From NCBI RefSeq assembly GCF_009914755.1, contig NC_060944.1: a DNA stretch of 64,000 bases; one strand, written 5' to 3'. Each line of letters opens with the position of its first letter. Within the stretch, counting starts at the first letter, position 1. Positions 45,264 through 63,276 of this stretch are shown here, piece after piece. The position numbers and the translations under genes were made by a program. The notes under the pieces are model-generated. The model ran no database searches. It saw only the letters and a list, made by a program, of their open reading frames with translations, and was not told where the DNA came from. Source of the DNA: the human T2T-CHM13v2.0 reference genome, Homo sapiens.

Positions 45264-46383
45264 CCTATGTGGATTTAATGTATCATTCAAAGATGCTTCA
45301 GATTTTGATGACAGAGGGATGTGGCAGCTATTTACCATTCTGGTACCTGTAAGTACCTACAGGTTTTAGGTTTTTTATCCTAGGATGCTTCCTTCATTCC
45401 CATGAGATGTTTCAGTAGAGAGGAGCCAGCGCAGCTTCCAGTCAGAGCTGGAGAAGCGCAGAGACTGTACAGACAGCAGGATACCCTGGATCAGGCTGGA
45501 TTAAGTTGCCTGTCTCTGTTCTCTGCATCTCCAATCCATTGAGAACCTTCATTGAAGGAAATTCTCTTCCCCTAGCCTGTGACATTCTGAGCTTATTCTG
45601 TGAATTTTCTTCATGCCTACACCTCTGTGCAAATGACAGTAATCAAGCAACCTGGCTGTACAGTGTTTGGGGAGAAAAGCACTTGGCTCAATGACATCTG
45701 CAGCCTGCTGCCTATACTGAATTGCTGTGTCCTGAGCCAAGGCTGAGGATGCCTGTTACAATAAGACCTCTTAGCAAGAGACGGCACACTGAAGACACAG
45801 CTCTTTGTCAGAAGCGATGACCAGAGGTAAGACAACAGTGTTCCAGGGCACCAAAGCTGGCATATTATTGTACAGCCTTATTGTTAAATGCTCAGGAAAG
45901 TAACATAAAATGTTCCAGAAAGCATATATATGATGGCTCTAGGAGTCAGTCAGAGGAAGAGATTGGGAAAGGGTGGAGCACAACAGCTTTCAAGCAAGGA
46001 AGGCAGGGTGGAGGTAGCTGGCAGTAATATCAGCAATAACACTGACAGTAACCACTGGCCTATTGAGTACTTACTTTGCATCAGATACTGTAATTGCTTC
46101 ATGTGTATTGGCTCATGTACTTTTTATAACCATCCTACTGTTCTCTCTATTTTATAGACAGAGAGCTTTGGATGGTTGAGTAAGTTGCCTAGTATCACAT
46201 AGCCAGGACATAGGTAGGCAGATCTAGGATACAAACGGGAGTCTTTCTCACTCCAAAGTCTCTGAATTTTCCACTGTGCCAAGAGGACAGGTCATGAATA
46301 TATTCTATCCTCTTATTCTTCACCACTTTGAGAAATTTGTGAGCATTGCCCATGTAATTACTATTCATCTACAGCTCTAGATA

Positions 46384-46588
46384 AGTGGTCTCAAATGAGC
46401 CCCAGAGAACATTTGGCAATGCCTGGAGACATGTTTTGCCACCACTGGGGTGGCGGGTGCTACTAGCATCAAGTGAGTGGAGGCTAGGGGAGCTGCTAGA
46501 CATTCTATAACACAGAGGTCAGCCCCTCACACAGAAAAGTCTTAGCCAGCCCCAAATGTCAATAGTGCCACATTGAGAAACTGCACCA
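46384..46588. mobile_element. MER20 hAT-Charlie element
   Basis: acatttggcaatgcctggagaca...gtgctactagcatc...ccccaaatgtcaatagtgcc...tgagaaac. Confidence 0.88.
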
Positions 46589-47449
46589 GAGGAAAGGCAT
46601 GGAAATCAATGCAGAACCCTATCTCATCCTGCCCCATCTAGGTCACTCCATAGCTTGGTTGGTCATTCATTCATTCAGTCATATTTATTAAGCACCAACC
46701 AAGTGGCCAATGCCATGTTAGGCTCTGTGGACATACATTATTAAAACATCAAATGAAGTTATTCAATATTTGTCAAAAGTATAGTTAAAACCCATATGCC
46801 ACAGGTCTAAGTAGTATAGAAAGGAGGATATTTCAGGGAAGTAGTTGATACACAAATGTTTTGAGAATCCAACATGCTGCTTTACATGTTTTAAGAAAGA
46901 TAAGAAAGAAGATTAAAAAATATTTACATATCAGTGCATCTTTATTTGAAGTTAAATCTATACTTAGTCTGTATCCTGTCAATGCTATGTTTTCGTCTAA
47001 CTGAGTTTACTAAAATGTACAAAGAGCTTTCCTATAACATTTAGGAATTTGTTTTAATGTATCTACAAAGAATATTGACAGCCTTCAGACTTAAGTGTCA
47101 GTCATTGAAAATTATATTTGCTGGAGTGTTTGTTGTAGAAAATTACATTTATTCACTTACAATTGAAACAATGGCTGTCATAAGAGGTGAAGTGTGTTCA
47201 TCTATCTTGTATTAATTAGCCCATTGACTAAGGCTTCCCTAAGCTTGTAATTAACCAAGTCTGTCTGTGAGAACAGTGGTATTAAGCTAGCAACACTTTT
47301 GAGAGTCTTCTTTGCATTGATTTATGCAAACAAACATTTAAAAGTAACTTGAAGAGATTAATTTTGTAAGACATCTCACAATCTTCCACAGCACAAGGAA
47401 TTCAATAGTTAGAAAAAAAAAGTGTTTCTAAACTCAAAAGTTAACTGCT

Positions 47450-48120
47450 TGGCAAGGGAAACAAAAAATCAAAGAAATAATCACAATAAGAATTAAAACT
47501 ATAACTGTCATGGCTACAAAGAAAGAGAGACTCAAAGTATAAGGAGTAAACAGAATGGGGAACATGACATGGCCAGTGGTGTGGAGTTGGGGGAGGCTTC
47601 TCTGAGGAAGTGGTATTTGAGCTGAGAACTCACCAAAGTGCAGAAGTTATTCCAGGCAGAGGGAAGAGTATATGCAAAGGCTTGGAGTCAGAGACAGTTT
47701 GGTGGGCGGTGTGCCTGGTTCTAAGGGAGTGTGGACAAGTGCAGTGTCTGATAGTCAGAAGGGTAGGCAGAGCTTGTACATTGTGGGTCCAGGCAGGCCA
47801 CATTACTGGGTTTACTTCTTTTTTATATTGACATCAATGTGGAATAATCAAAATGCCAAAATCAAGAAGGCAAAATGAGAATGTTCATTTTGAGAAGCTC
47901 ACTGGGCAATGAATGGATCATTGCAGGAGCTGAGTAAAGGCAAAGAGACCAACTAGCAGATAATTGTGCCAACCAGTATATAGATAATGATGGTTGGAAA
48001 TAGGTCAATGACAATGAAAATGGGGAAGAGTAGGTGGATTCAAGAGAAATTTGGGAGGTAAAATCCACAGGGCTTTATATACAATGGATTGGCTATGATG
48101 GCACGGGCGAGGGAGATGGA
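47450..48120 (-). mobile_element. L2 fragment
   Basis: ggaggcttctctgaggaagtggtatttgagctgaga...ttccaggcagaggga...gtggattcaagagaaatttgggaggtaaaatc. Confidence 0.75.
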
Positions 48121-48854
48121 GGTGTTTGTTAAATACTTTTTATTGGGCTTAAGGGTTTATATCTCATACACTGGGGACAGCAAAAACATGGCTGATGTTA
48201 TGGCAGAAGTTTCGTGAGCACCTGCACTGTCTCCTATGAACAGGAAAAAGGGAAAGATCGTTCTATTCCCCTATAGTGGTGTACAGTATTACCAGGTGCC
48301 TAATATGGCCTTTAATATAGAGGAAAAGAACCATCAGCTCTGCAACAGGAGGGGAATTCTGGGGCATCTGAATATTTAACTCAAGGAATTCAGGCCCTGC
48401 CAAATCTCAGTCACAATGCAAACCTTTATACCCCATTTCCTTCTGTGCCAATAATGACATTTGGAACAGGAGGGAGAAGTCTACTGAAAAGCAAGATCCT
48501 CCTCAGCAAGCACATTGGTCAATCCCTGCTGGGCTGTCTGTTTCAGCTATTAATTTGCATGGGCTGCTTCTGGACTGATTCTGTGATGGATCTGTTGCCA
48601 AGATCAGCCATTAAAAGCTTACTTGCATTTCTGCTTTCTAGACATGTCATATCATGAGGCCAAGAAAGAGTGGACAGGTACATAAGCTATGGCCTGAAAT
48701 GGAAGGAGATGAGTCTGTTGCCAACAGCCAAGGAGAGTAGTAGGGGTGACTAGAGGGGAGGGGAGGAGTGGAAATCAGGTTTGAAAGAGACAAGGTCTCA
48801 ACCTGAGCCCAGGCAAAGGACAGCCACTCTCTAAAGTGTGGCAGCATGGGTTTC

Positions 48855-49040
48855 TAGAAGAACTTTGGAGTTTGACCTCGGCTCATATCCCAGCTCTGCA
48901 AGAAGTGAGCTTAAGGCAAGTCATTTCACCTCTCTGAACCTTGGTTTCTTTTGAAAAAAAAAAAAAAAAAAAATGGAAACCATCCTGTCTACTTTGGATG
49001 GTGGTGAGAATGAAGTGATGTTGCCACAAGCATTGGGAAG
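48855..49040 (+). mobile_element. MIR
   Basis: cccagctctgc...ttaaggcaagtcatttcacctctctgaaccttggtttc. Confidence 0.75.
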
Positions 49041-51291
49041 CCTTTGGCTTGGCTCCAGGTCTGTCTGGCAAACACTTGGTTTTAAGGAAGTAAAGGCCAC
49101 AGATGTAAGCCTACCACCATGCTTTTGCTCACTGACTTCCTCCCACTATCCTAGACCAAAACCATATGGACCCCTAAATACTCACAGTCTTGAGTTCAAT
49201 GCATTATCTGAATCAGTCAGTTTCTCCATTGACTGAAGGCAAAGTGGCTGAGATAGACATTTGGATGGACCTTCCTGTATAATGTAAACCTATCTCTCTG
49301 AATCAGCTGGTGAGGTAATGGGGTGTTAGTCACATGCACACTGAGTTGTTAGGGAATATTAAATGACATCACTCCACTTGTTATTATTTCATCTGTTAAA
49401 ATTAGGTTTCTGCCTGAAATTGCTTAGTGACAATACTCCTGGACTTTCTTCAAAAGCTGTAAAGATGGCCTCTCGAATTTAGAAAACGCTGAAATTGTTG
49501 GAAAGTTTTACTAAGCTGTTTAGAATTTAAAACAGCAGCTTCCAGCAAAGCAGTTGAGAAATAAACAGCATCTCAGGGTGTTTTCCAGTTCCTTCATGAG
49601 GCAATAACTCAAAATCTTGTCACATTTGGAAAAGGAGACAGATCAAATGTCTAAACATTCTAAGTGTCTTCAAAGAAAATACTTCTCCCTCTGGAACAGT
49701 GAGTCTGGTATTAAACAACATGATTGCTTGATGAGTTTTATCATGGCGTCTTAGACCTGGGAAATATCTTACAAGTCATGTCTCAGTCTTTTTCCCAAGT
49801 CAATGAAAATGTCATTTGCTTTATAAAGAATGGGTATTTCACAAGTTTCCCTTGTAAATTTTTTAAAGGCTAAATTCATTCATTGCAAGGAAACTCTGGT
49901 AGATGTTTCATTCCCATTTTTCACTTTCGTCTGCACCTGTCCTGTCCAGGTATTAGAAGAGACAATCACTTTCTCATCTGAGAAGATCCTCCCTTCTTTC
50001 TGACATGGTCAGGTTCTATTTTATCTCAAAGCTTATCTTTTTTATAACCTCCTTTGTGAGACTCTTTCCCTACCTTTGGGGAAATCACACTCCTACTTGT
50101 ACTAAGTAATCTTGCAACAGTGTCTATCCCCTCTCATCATTAGTATGTGTGTCCTTGAATGAGTTTTTCAGTGTACAGTCATAATCCTTTGAGGTTTCAG
50201 GTGGACAATTAGTCCTGGCTATTGACACTACAATGCTGGAAGGTACTAAGGAGATTGTTAAAGCATTCTCACTTTACTGCTGAAATAACCAAAGGCCAGA
50301 GAGGAGAAGCCATTTACCTATACATACATGGTGACATAAGTGGAGCACATACTAGACCTTCTGACTTTCAATTCAGCTTTTTTTCAGCTATGATGACATG
50401 TCAATAGGTTCGCAATTGGCCCCTGGTTCTTCAGAGACATTCAGTCAGTTCTTATTGAGTGAATAGATACTGAATGAGTAAAGAGGAACATTTTCTTAGG
50501 AATTTAGTTTTAAGTACAACATGGATGCCATGTCAGATGAAAGCACTCACAACTTCGTCATAGATAAATGTTTATGGAAGGCCCCAGTGATGGGATTGAA
50601 GGGTCTCATCCTGGAACTGACTGGAGATCGGTCAGGAAGAATCAGGAAGAATCTGATTCTATTTGGATTCCAAATCTTGTTTGCCAGGTCATGTATGATG
50701 TGAATTCAGAAGTCAATTAATTTACTAATTCAGTCAAAGCCAATGATTCTGGAAGAGGTGAAATAGCATTATTGGAGTTGAGGATAAGAAGATATTTTGA
50801 ATTCTCAGTAGCTCAAACTTGCCAGGGGCTTCCTATTCTGGCCCAGGTACCATCACCTTGGGAAGACTTCCTTGTCAGCTGCCAAAATCTCACTTCTTCC
50901 TTGGCCCCTGAGAATCCATCCCTTGCTCCAATAGCCAGAGCTACTAATATCCCCTTACCTCAGTGCAGTCAATGGAAGTGATTGGAAACTCTTTCCTCTA
51001 CTTACATAAACACCTGCCTCAATACCTAGCAGGTATCTACTTCTGCCTACCTAGAGAGAAGTGGATACATTTCTGGATTTGTCAGAATAAATTTAAATAA
51101 GGCTGAGGATCCATTCATGGAATCTTGTCCCTCTGGTGATCCTCAAAGCAATTAACAGGGGGGTATAAAAAGTACTTGGATCTTTGTGAGCAAACAGAGA
51201 TGCTCAGTGTAACTGTAGCTTGAGTACAAAGAGTAAAACTGTTTAATTTGTGCTGACACTCTAGAGAAGTCAAGGGTAGAGAGATGACCGT

Positions 51292-52072
51292 TGTGTGAGA
51301 TAGGAAAAAACAAATCATGTTTCTTACTCTCATACTCAACGCAGTACACAGAACACTTCTAACATCAAACATGTAAATTTTTACCCACACATTAATCCTC
51401 TGGCAGAACACCCACTAGGTGTCCCGAAATTTAATTAAATTCTGACTATCTACATTTAGTTAGACTCAGATCCCATAGGTTAAGGGATCAGTCCCACAGG
51501 ACTGCTCTGACCCCCCCACCCCCGACCAAACTTCAGATGCCAATAACAAACTCAGGCCTCAGGAACATCAGGCTGACTAGCTATACAGGGGAGATTTCCA
51601 CAACTCTCTCCTCGGCTTCCATCATTTGCTAGAGTGGCTCACAGAACTCAGGAAAGTGCTTTATTTACACTCATTGATTTCTTAGAAGAGGTATTACAAA
51701 GGATGCAAATAAACACCCAGATGAAGAAAGAATAGGCATTGAACTTCCTCCAGGAAATCTCCATGCTTTCAGCCATACAGAAGCTCTCCTATAGCTTGGG
51801 GATTTTACGTAGGCTTCATCATGTTAGGCATAGTATATTATTAACTAAATCTGCAGCTCCACTCCCTTTCTCAGAGGAAGGGAGTGGAGCTGAAAGCTCC
51901 AAGCTCATAATGATGGCTTGGTCTTCCTGGTGCCCAGTCACTATCCAAGAGCACACCAAGAGATGCCTCAGAACAGAAAAGACTCTTATTACTCAGGAAA
52001 TGACAAGGGTTTTAGGAGTTCCGTGCTATGAACTGGAGGCAGAGACCAAATATATATTTCTCATTATATTAC
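51292..52072 (-). mobile_element. MER21-like ERVL LTR
   Basis: cagatcccataggttaagggatcagtcccacaggactgc...ttgctagagtggctcacagaactcagg...gagaccaaatatatatttctcatt. Confidence 0.8.
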
Positions 52073-52449
52073 AGTATTACAGCCATGTTAATGGATGGAT
52101 GAATGTGTGGATGGTTTAGACAAATTGTTCTATGAACGAAAGCCTTTCTTGTATCAACACAGAACAACTGACTTGACTTTTCAGAATTATGAGCCTAAAT
52201 AATTTATTAAAGGCTAGGAAGACAATGAATTTGCTTAACTCAAACTTACTGTCTTTCCTAGACAATTTTTATTCTCTTTTACTTCTAGAAATTATATCCT
52301 ATCCTCCATGCCCTTATAACACTCTGTAGTTTGCTCAGCTACATTTATGTCTTTATGGTGACTTGCCCATCTGTTTTCATGAGGCTGTGAGCTCCTTGAT
52401 GGCAGAGACTGTCTTTTTTTCTTTTTATCTATGTGTTATTATCGTTCAC

Positions 52450-53415
52450 TTTTTGTTTTAAAATAATTTCAGAATTATAGAAAAAATTTAAAAGAGTATA
52501 TGACCTTTACTTAGATTGTCTGCAAATTTTAAAAATGTACTACATTTGCTTACCGTTCTATCTTTCTATCTACCTATCACCTATCTACACACACACAGAC
52601 ACACACACAGACACACATACACACTTTATTATGAAATGTTTAAATGAAGGTTGCACATGATACTCCTTTACCTCTAGATGTTTCAGTACGAATTTCCTAA
52701 AATCAAGAGCATCTTCTTATGTAATCACAGTTAAATGATCGAAATCAAGAAATTAACATTGATTCAGTACTATTAACTAGTCAATAGAGGCCTTATTCAA
52801 AGTTTACTAGTTGTCCCACTAAATCCAAGGTTCCAAGTCCAGGATCTTATCCACACTCACAGGTTGTATTTAGTTGCCATGTCTGTCTAATCCATCATGT
52901 CCTTTTGTTACTCTTGAATCTGGAACAGTTCCTCAGCCTTTCTTTGTCTTTTATAAACTTGGCACATTTGAAAAGGAGAGACCGGGTATTTAGTAGAATG
53001 TCTCTTAATTTGGGTTTGTCTGAGGTTTCCTCATAATTATATTCAGACCATGCAACTTTGGCAGAAAAACCACAGAAGTCATGCTGTATCCTTCTCGGTG
53101 CATCATATCATGAGGCACATGATGTTGATTTGTCCTGTTTTTTTGTGATGTTAACTATAATTGCTTCATTAAAAGAGTGTCTGCCAGGCTTCTCCACTGT
53201 GAAGTTACTATTTTTCTCTTTGCAATTAATTAGTATCTTGTGGGGAAATACTTTGAGACTATGCAAATATCTTGTTTCTCATAGTACTTTCACCTACTAA
53301 TTTTAGCATCCATTGATGATCCTTGCCTGAAACAATTATTACTCTTGTGGTTGCCAAGTGGTGATTTTCTAATCTCATCTTTCCTTCTATATTTATTAGT
53401 TGGAATTCTGACATG
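52450..53415 (-). mobile_element. L1MC-like 3'-end fragment containing a (CA)n tract at ~52587-52624
   Basis: aaataatttcagaattatagaaaa...aaatcaagaaattaacattgat...tttagcatccattgatgat. Confidence 0.75.
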
Positions 53416-54976
53416 TCTTTTCCATCTGTGTCCTCATTGCTTAGGTCAGTCTGGTCCAAAGAAGGTATTATTTTGTGTGAGTTGTTCTCGTTAGTTGCTT
53501 AGTGTTATTATAAAAATATTACAAGCAACATCATTGTTTTAAAGAAGAAAGCAGGCAAACATGGTAAATTGTGCTATTCAATAAACTTTATATGAATTGT
53601 AATTTAAATAGGTCTTTTAAAAATTAGCATAGACAAAGGCACTTTGTAAACATCATCAGAATACATAAACTGTGGTCCAAAACCCCTTACATAAATGAGA
53701 CAAGTCTCCAGGATAAAGCCTTCCATCCTCTCTCAAGTGAGTGGGTGTCAGCTGTCTCGGACATAGAGGACTGAGTCATACCTGAGACTATCCTTTGCTT
53801 CTGGGTCAGCAAGTTACCCAGAAGAAACTTAACATTGTGATGACACACTTGAGAAAGATTGGACAGTTTTCACAGACAGTTTCGTCTTACTCTCTGTTCT
53901 TCAAATTTTAGTTTTTATTTCTCCATAACACAAAAACAATGGGGCAAATTTATTTGCTGCTCCTAGAATTCTTTGAATTTCAAGATATGGATATATTGTT
54001 ACATTTCTATATACATGGTAGGACCACAAAAAGGGTTAAATAAAAGCATTACATAGATACTACTTACTCCTCAGGGTCCTACAGACATCTTCTCCCCTAT
54101 CCTGTTTCTTCTTTCTCAGCCTCCTTGTGCAGCGTTTCTTTGTCCTAAACTTGACCTTAGCTGCTGACTAGTTTCTCCCATGACTCAGCCAAAATACTGC
54201 ACAAGCCTTTACCTTCAGTCCTCTGGGGTTTTGCATCTGGGCAAGTGGCTCTCTTTTCTGGGCAAGCTCTGATCTTTCTTCCTGGAACCCTCCACTGCCA
54301 CATCTGTCAGTTTGAGGTCTCTGACCCCATCTGGCTTTCCTCCTGGGACACTGGCCCTCTCCCAAGGACAGCCAGAACTCCCAAGTTAATTATCTAGAGT
54401 CATATTGCTTCCCTGTCTATCCTGACTTAAAAGGGGGAAAAATCCTGCTTCCTTTTGGTTCTCCAGAATAATTTAGAACTTTTCAGAAAGAATTACAACT
54501 ATAAAACAAGGATAAAACAGAGACAAAAAGGTTAAATAGAAAAATAGTTTTTAAAGACTCCAAAGTTCATATCAAATTTAGTTTTAAATACAGATTATAT
54601 TAAGTGGCCTAAGTTAGACTACTAGGACCCACAGTACTGATCACTACACCATCCATTAATTTTATCTTTTAGGGAAAGCCCTTGGGTGAGGTGACATCTG
54701 TTTTTAGTTTTAAATATTTCTTGGTCCCATCTTATGGAAAAGGAACCAAGGTATAGTTCCACAATCTCATGAAACTCCCAACTCGATGAGGATCAAGGCT
54801 ATGGCTGTGGTATTCACAGACAAATCTTCTGAGGCTCATATAAAGTCTGTAGTAGAGTAGGTAATCCAATGATCATGCACTTAAATTTTCTCAAAACATT
54901 CTCCCACAGAACTTTAGCAAATTCCTGAATTTCCAGTATTTAGGCACCAGAACTATATCTTCCAAACTGCAGAATT

Positions 54977-60036
<5,060 letters not shown>

Positions 60037-60592
60037 ATGTGCAAAGGAACAACTCTCAATTGGAATTAAAAACATAACAATTGTTACAGCAACATGGGTC
60101 CATATTAGCTAGGGTAAAAAGCCTGGTATCTAACCAGTATGTTCCTTGCAACATTTTGGAAGGACACAGGGAAGGGTATAGCTTATTGTGCATAAAATCT
60201 GTAGACCCAAGATCACCAAGAATTGAGTGAAGACAAGTGGAAATATGGAAGCAGGGGGTAATATGGTGAATAGTTGTCTTGGATAAGCTTGTCAATGATC
60301 ATATCATTTTCCCTAAAAGAAATCAAGCCTTTAATTACTTTATAATTTTTATATAAAATTTGTTTTTCTCTTATTTTGACATACAAATGTGGAGTCTTGG
60401 ATTAGACTTGCTGACACTGAGACTTTAGGAGACAGGTTCAGTAGCTGAAGTTTCCTCATCTATAAAATGGGCACATTACTTATCATGTAATGCTGTTATG
60501 AAGATTAAGTGAAAGAGAAAATATCTTGCATGAAACCAGCCTATTTGAAGAACATGCTACTATTTCACTCTTTCTTAACTTTGTCCTTCTGT

Positions 60593-60904
60593 CTGGTGGT
60601 AGGCATAATTTTAATAACAGCCACCAAGTTTCCATACCCTAATATCCGGAATCTATGAACTATCACCTCCATGATTATCTTACATTTTAATGCACAGTTA
60701 ACTTTAACACAGAAAGATTATCTGCCTAATCTAGTTTCACGAGCCCCTTTCAAAACAGGATTTTCTCCAGCTGGTAACAGAAGAGGACTGCAGAGGGTGT
60801 CAGAGAGATTTTCATCATAAGAATTTGATGGTAGCCTATCATTGTTGGACATTTGGGTTAGTTCCAAGTCTTTGCTATTGTGAGTAATAACCTAAAACTT
60901 AAAG

Positions 60905-60956
<52 letters not shown>

Positions 60957-61303
60957 TTTGATGGTAGCTTTGAAGATGGAGGGGCATGATGAGACATGAG
61001 AAGCTGAATGGTCCCCATCTGACAGCCAGTGAGGAAACAGGAACCTCAATCCTATAGCAATGAAGAAATGGATTCTTTCAACAGTCTGAATGAGCTTTGA
61101 TGTAGGTTTTTTCCCCAGTTTCTCCAGATAAGAGCCCAGCCCAGCTGACACTATAACTGGAGCTTTGCAAAATACTCAGCAGAGAAACCTGTTGAGCCCA
61201 CCTGGACTTCCAAACTTATAGAACTGTGAGATAAAAATGGTGTTATTTGAAGCCATTAAAGCTTATGGTAATTTATTATGCAGTAATAAGAAATAGATAA
61301 ACA
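60593..61303 (+). mobile_element. MLT1 (E-like) solo LTR, split by a micro-L1
   Basis: ctttgaagatggaggggc...gacagccagtgaggaaacaggaacctc...agaactgtgagataa...ggtaatttattatgcagtaataagaaa. Confidence 0.85.
60822..60968 (+). mobile_element. Micro L1PA insertion with 5' inversion and (TAA)n tail
   Basis: TSD aatttgatggtagc at 60822-60835 and 60955-60968; antisense L1 at 60836-60888, sense L1 terminus at 60891-60910. Confidence 0.93.
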
Positions 61304-61905
61304 TCCTTTCTTTCCTTCTTTTTCCATTAATAAACATTTATTTCTGGCATAGCATGTGCAGGGTACAGCTTCAGACACTATAAAACTCAGGGCATTTAAT
61401 TCTCCAAACATCTCTAAGAAGTAAGTTTTAATATCCCCATTTTCATGTAAGGGTGAACATAGGGGTATAAATTTTGGACACTGTCTGGACTTTAACCCAA
61501 ATCCTATTGCAACATTTTGTTATTTCCATTTTCCCCTCTTTCCTACAGGATTCAAATTTTCCTCTGCCCAAGTGGTCAAGGGGGGCAGAAGGCCCTAGGA
61601 GAAGGGGGGCAGTGAGGCACGCATTACTCCTGAGGTCGTTATGGAGATAGTGCAAATTGGATGCCAGCACCATGGGTCACAGTGGCACTTGGAGACTTTA
61701 AGAAGTCATTATTATTGTCAAGCTTGCTCCCCGCATCTTCCCCTCAAATTCTCAGAATTGAATTTGGCACAGTTAGCCAGAAGGCCTGGCTCTGCTTTGG
61801 AGTGCATGAAAAGGGATTATGATAACAATGATAACAATTAATATTTAATAACTATTTATTCTGTTCCAGGCATCAATTAATCTTCAAATCTACCCTCTGC
61901 CTTGG

Positions 61906-62320
61906 CCAGGGTGCTGCTGTGCCAAGCCTTATTGGTGCCTGAGGCAGAAGGAAAAATGTATACTCTGGCTATAATGGAAGTAAACACATCAACAATATTT
62001 TCAAAATCTACTTCATTGCTAGTTTCATTTTCAAAGAAGAGAATTGTCATACTGACAATTTCTCTTCACCCAGTGACAATTTTGAATACATTTTCATTAA
62101 CTGAAGCTAAATTAAAATGATCATAAATATATTTGGGTATATATACTATACTTAAGCTGAGAATAATGTTTATTTTAATACTTACATTTCATTTTTCAAT
62201 ATTTTTTCAACTATTTTAATATTCTGCAAAAAACCACTAGGAAAACACATAAAAATATGTATAGAAATGTGTGCATGTACACACACACACATGTTTTGCC
62301 TCAGGCTCAATATGGCTAAA
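61906..62320 (-). mobile_element. hAT (Tip100-like) transposon remnant with transposase C-terminal trace
   Basis: Minus strand ~62050-61965 translates MTILFFENETSNEVDFENIVDVFTSIIAR, similar to the end of hAT dimerisation domains. Confidence 0.6.
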
Positions 62321-62329
62321 TAGATCAAC

Positions 62330-62496
62330 AGTCTTTATTTAAAATTTTGATTATTTTCATCATGGATTTTTTTTGCATAAATTTTAATGTCTAAAAATAT
62401 ATTGTATTAAATTATTATTTACCGTGATTACTGAGTTTCTTGACAACTCCTTTAATTTTTTGGCTGAGTGACTTACTTATCCTAGTTTTGGCCCTT
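62330..62496. mobile_element. MER96B-like hAT fragment
   Basis: tttaaaattttgat...catcatggattttt...tgattactgagttt...cctagttttggccct. Confidence 0.65.
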
Positions 62497-62735
62497 GTTC
62501 AGAGCAAACACCCAGCTTCTCCCAAGGGGCTTAGCCTCTCTAGACTTTTCTGTACATTGAAGAAGATCCAAATATTGACTGCCTTATTTTCCAGGCATGT
62601 ATTGGTGAATTTAGACATTTCAAAGTCTCAAAGTGTCTCATTTTTTTGACAACTTTAGCCTGTCCTAGGTTATGTTACATAAACATAGGGCTTTGCAAAG
62701 CTTTCGTTTGGAAAAAAAACAAAACAAAAACTTAC

Positions 62736-63276
62736 AAAAACTGTAGCTGCACAAATATAGCAAGAATTGTAATGCTAATCTGAGATGTATTCACCCTAAT
62801 ATTGAGAGGCATCTGGAATACTGCTGGGGGCCAATGTACATGCAGAGTAAAGGAATCTTCTGGGAGAGAGAGAAGGGAGGTGTGCAATTTTCTACAATGA
62901 GTAAGTGTTAATTGTTTGGCCAACAGTGTCTTTATTGCTCTGGTAATAATAGAAAAAAGCAGTAATACAAATATATTCTGGGTCATAAAGATCACTACTC
63001 TTAGTTTTACTTTTATTTCACTATACTTGCATTTGTGTTTTAATGCAAGAAGCCCAGCACCCTGCCCCACCAAAATAATTTAAAAAAAAAGATAAGAGAT
63101 CTTACCGAATAAATGAGGTGTTCATTCTAAGTGAAGGTCAGTGGATATCTTCAATTCATTTGTATGAATAAAGCTTTCATAGCAGTTCAAACAGGCAAAC
63201 AGCGTGAGGGGATGGGGACAGGAATTGAATCATGGCACAGTGCACCATAGTATGGGCTTGTCAGGCGGCAAAGATA
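62736..63276 (-). other. Candidate pair of spliced non-coding exons (63276-63106 and 62859-62736)
   Basis: Acceptors tatatttttacag and cctcccttctctctctcccag; donors TCG|gtaaga and TTT|gtaagt; sequence does not look repeat-derived. Confidence 0.4.

Noticed and set aside
60858-61151. Poly-tyrosine ORF
   Set aside because: Translation of the (TAA)n L1 tail.
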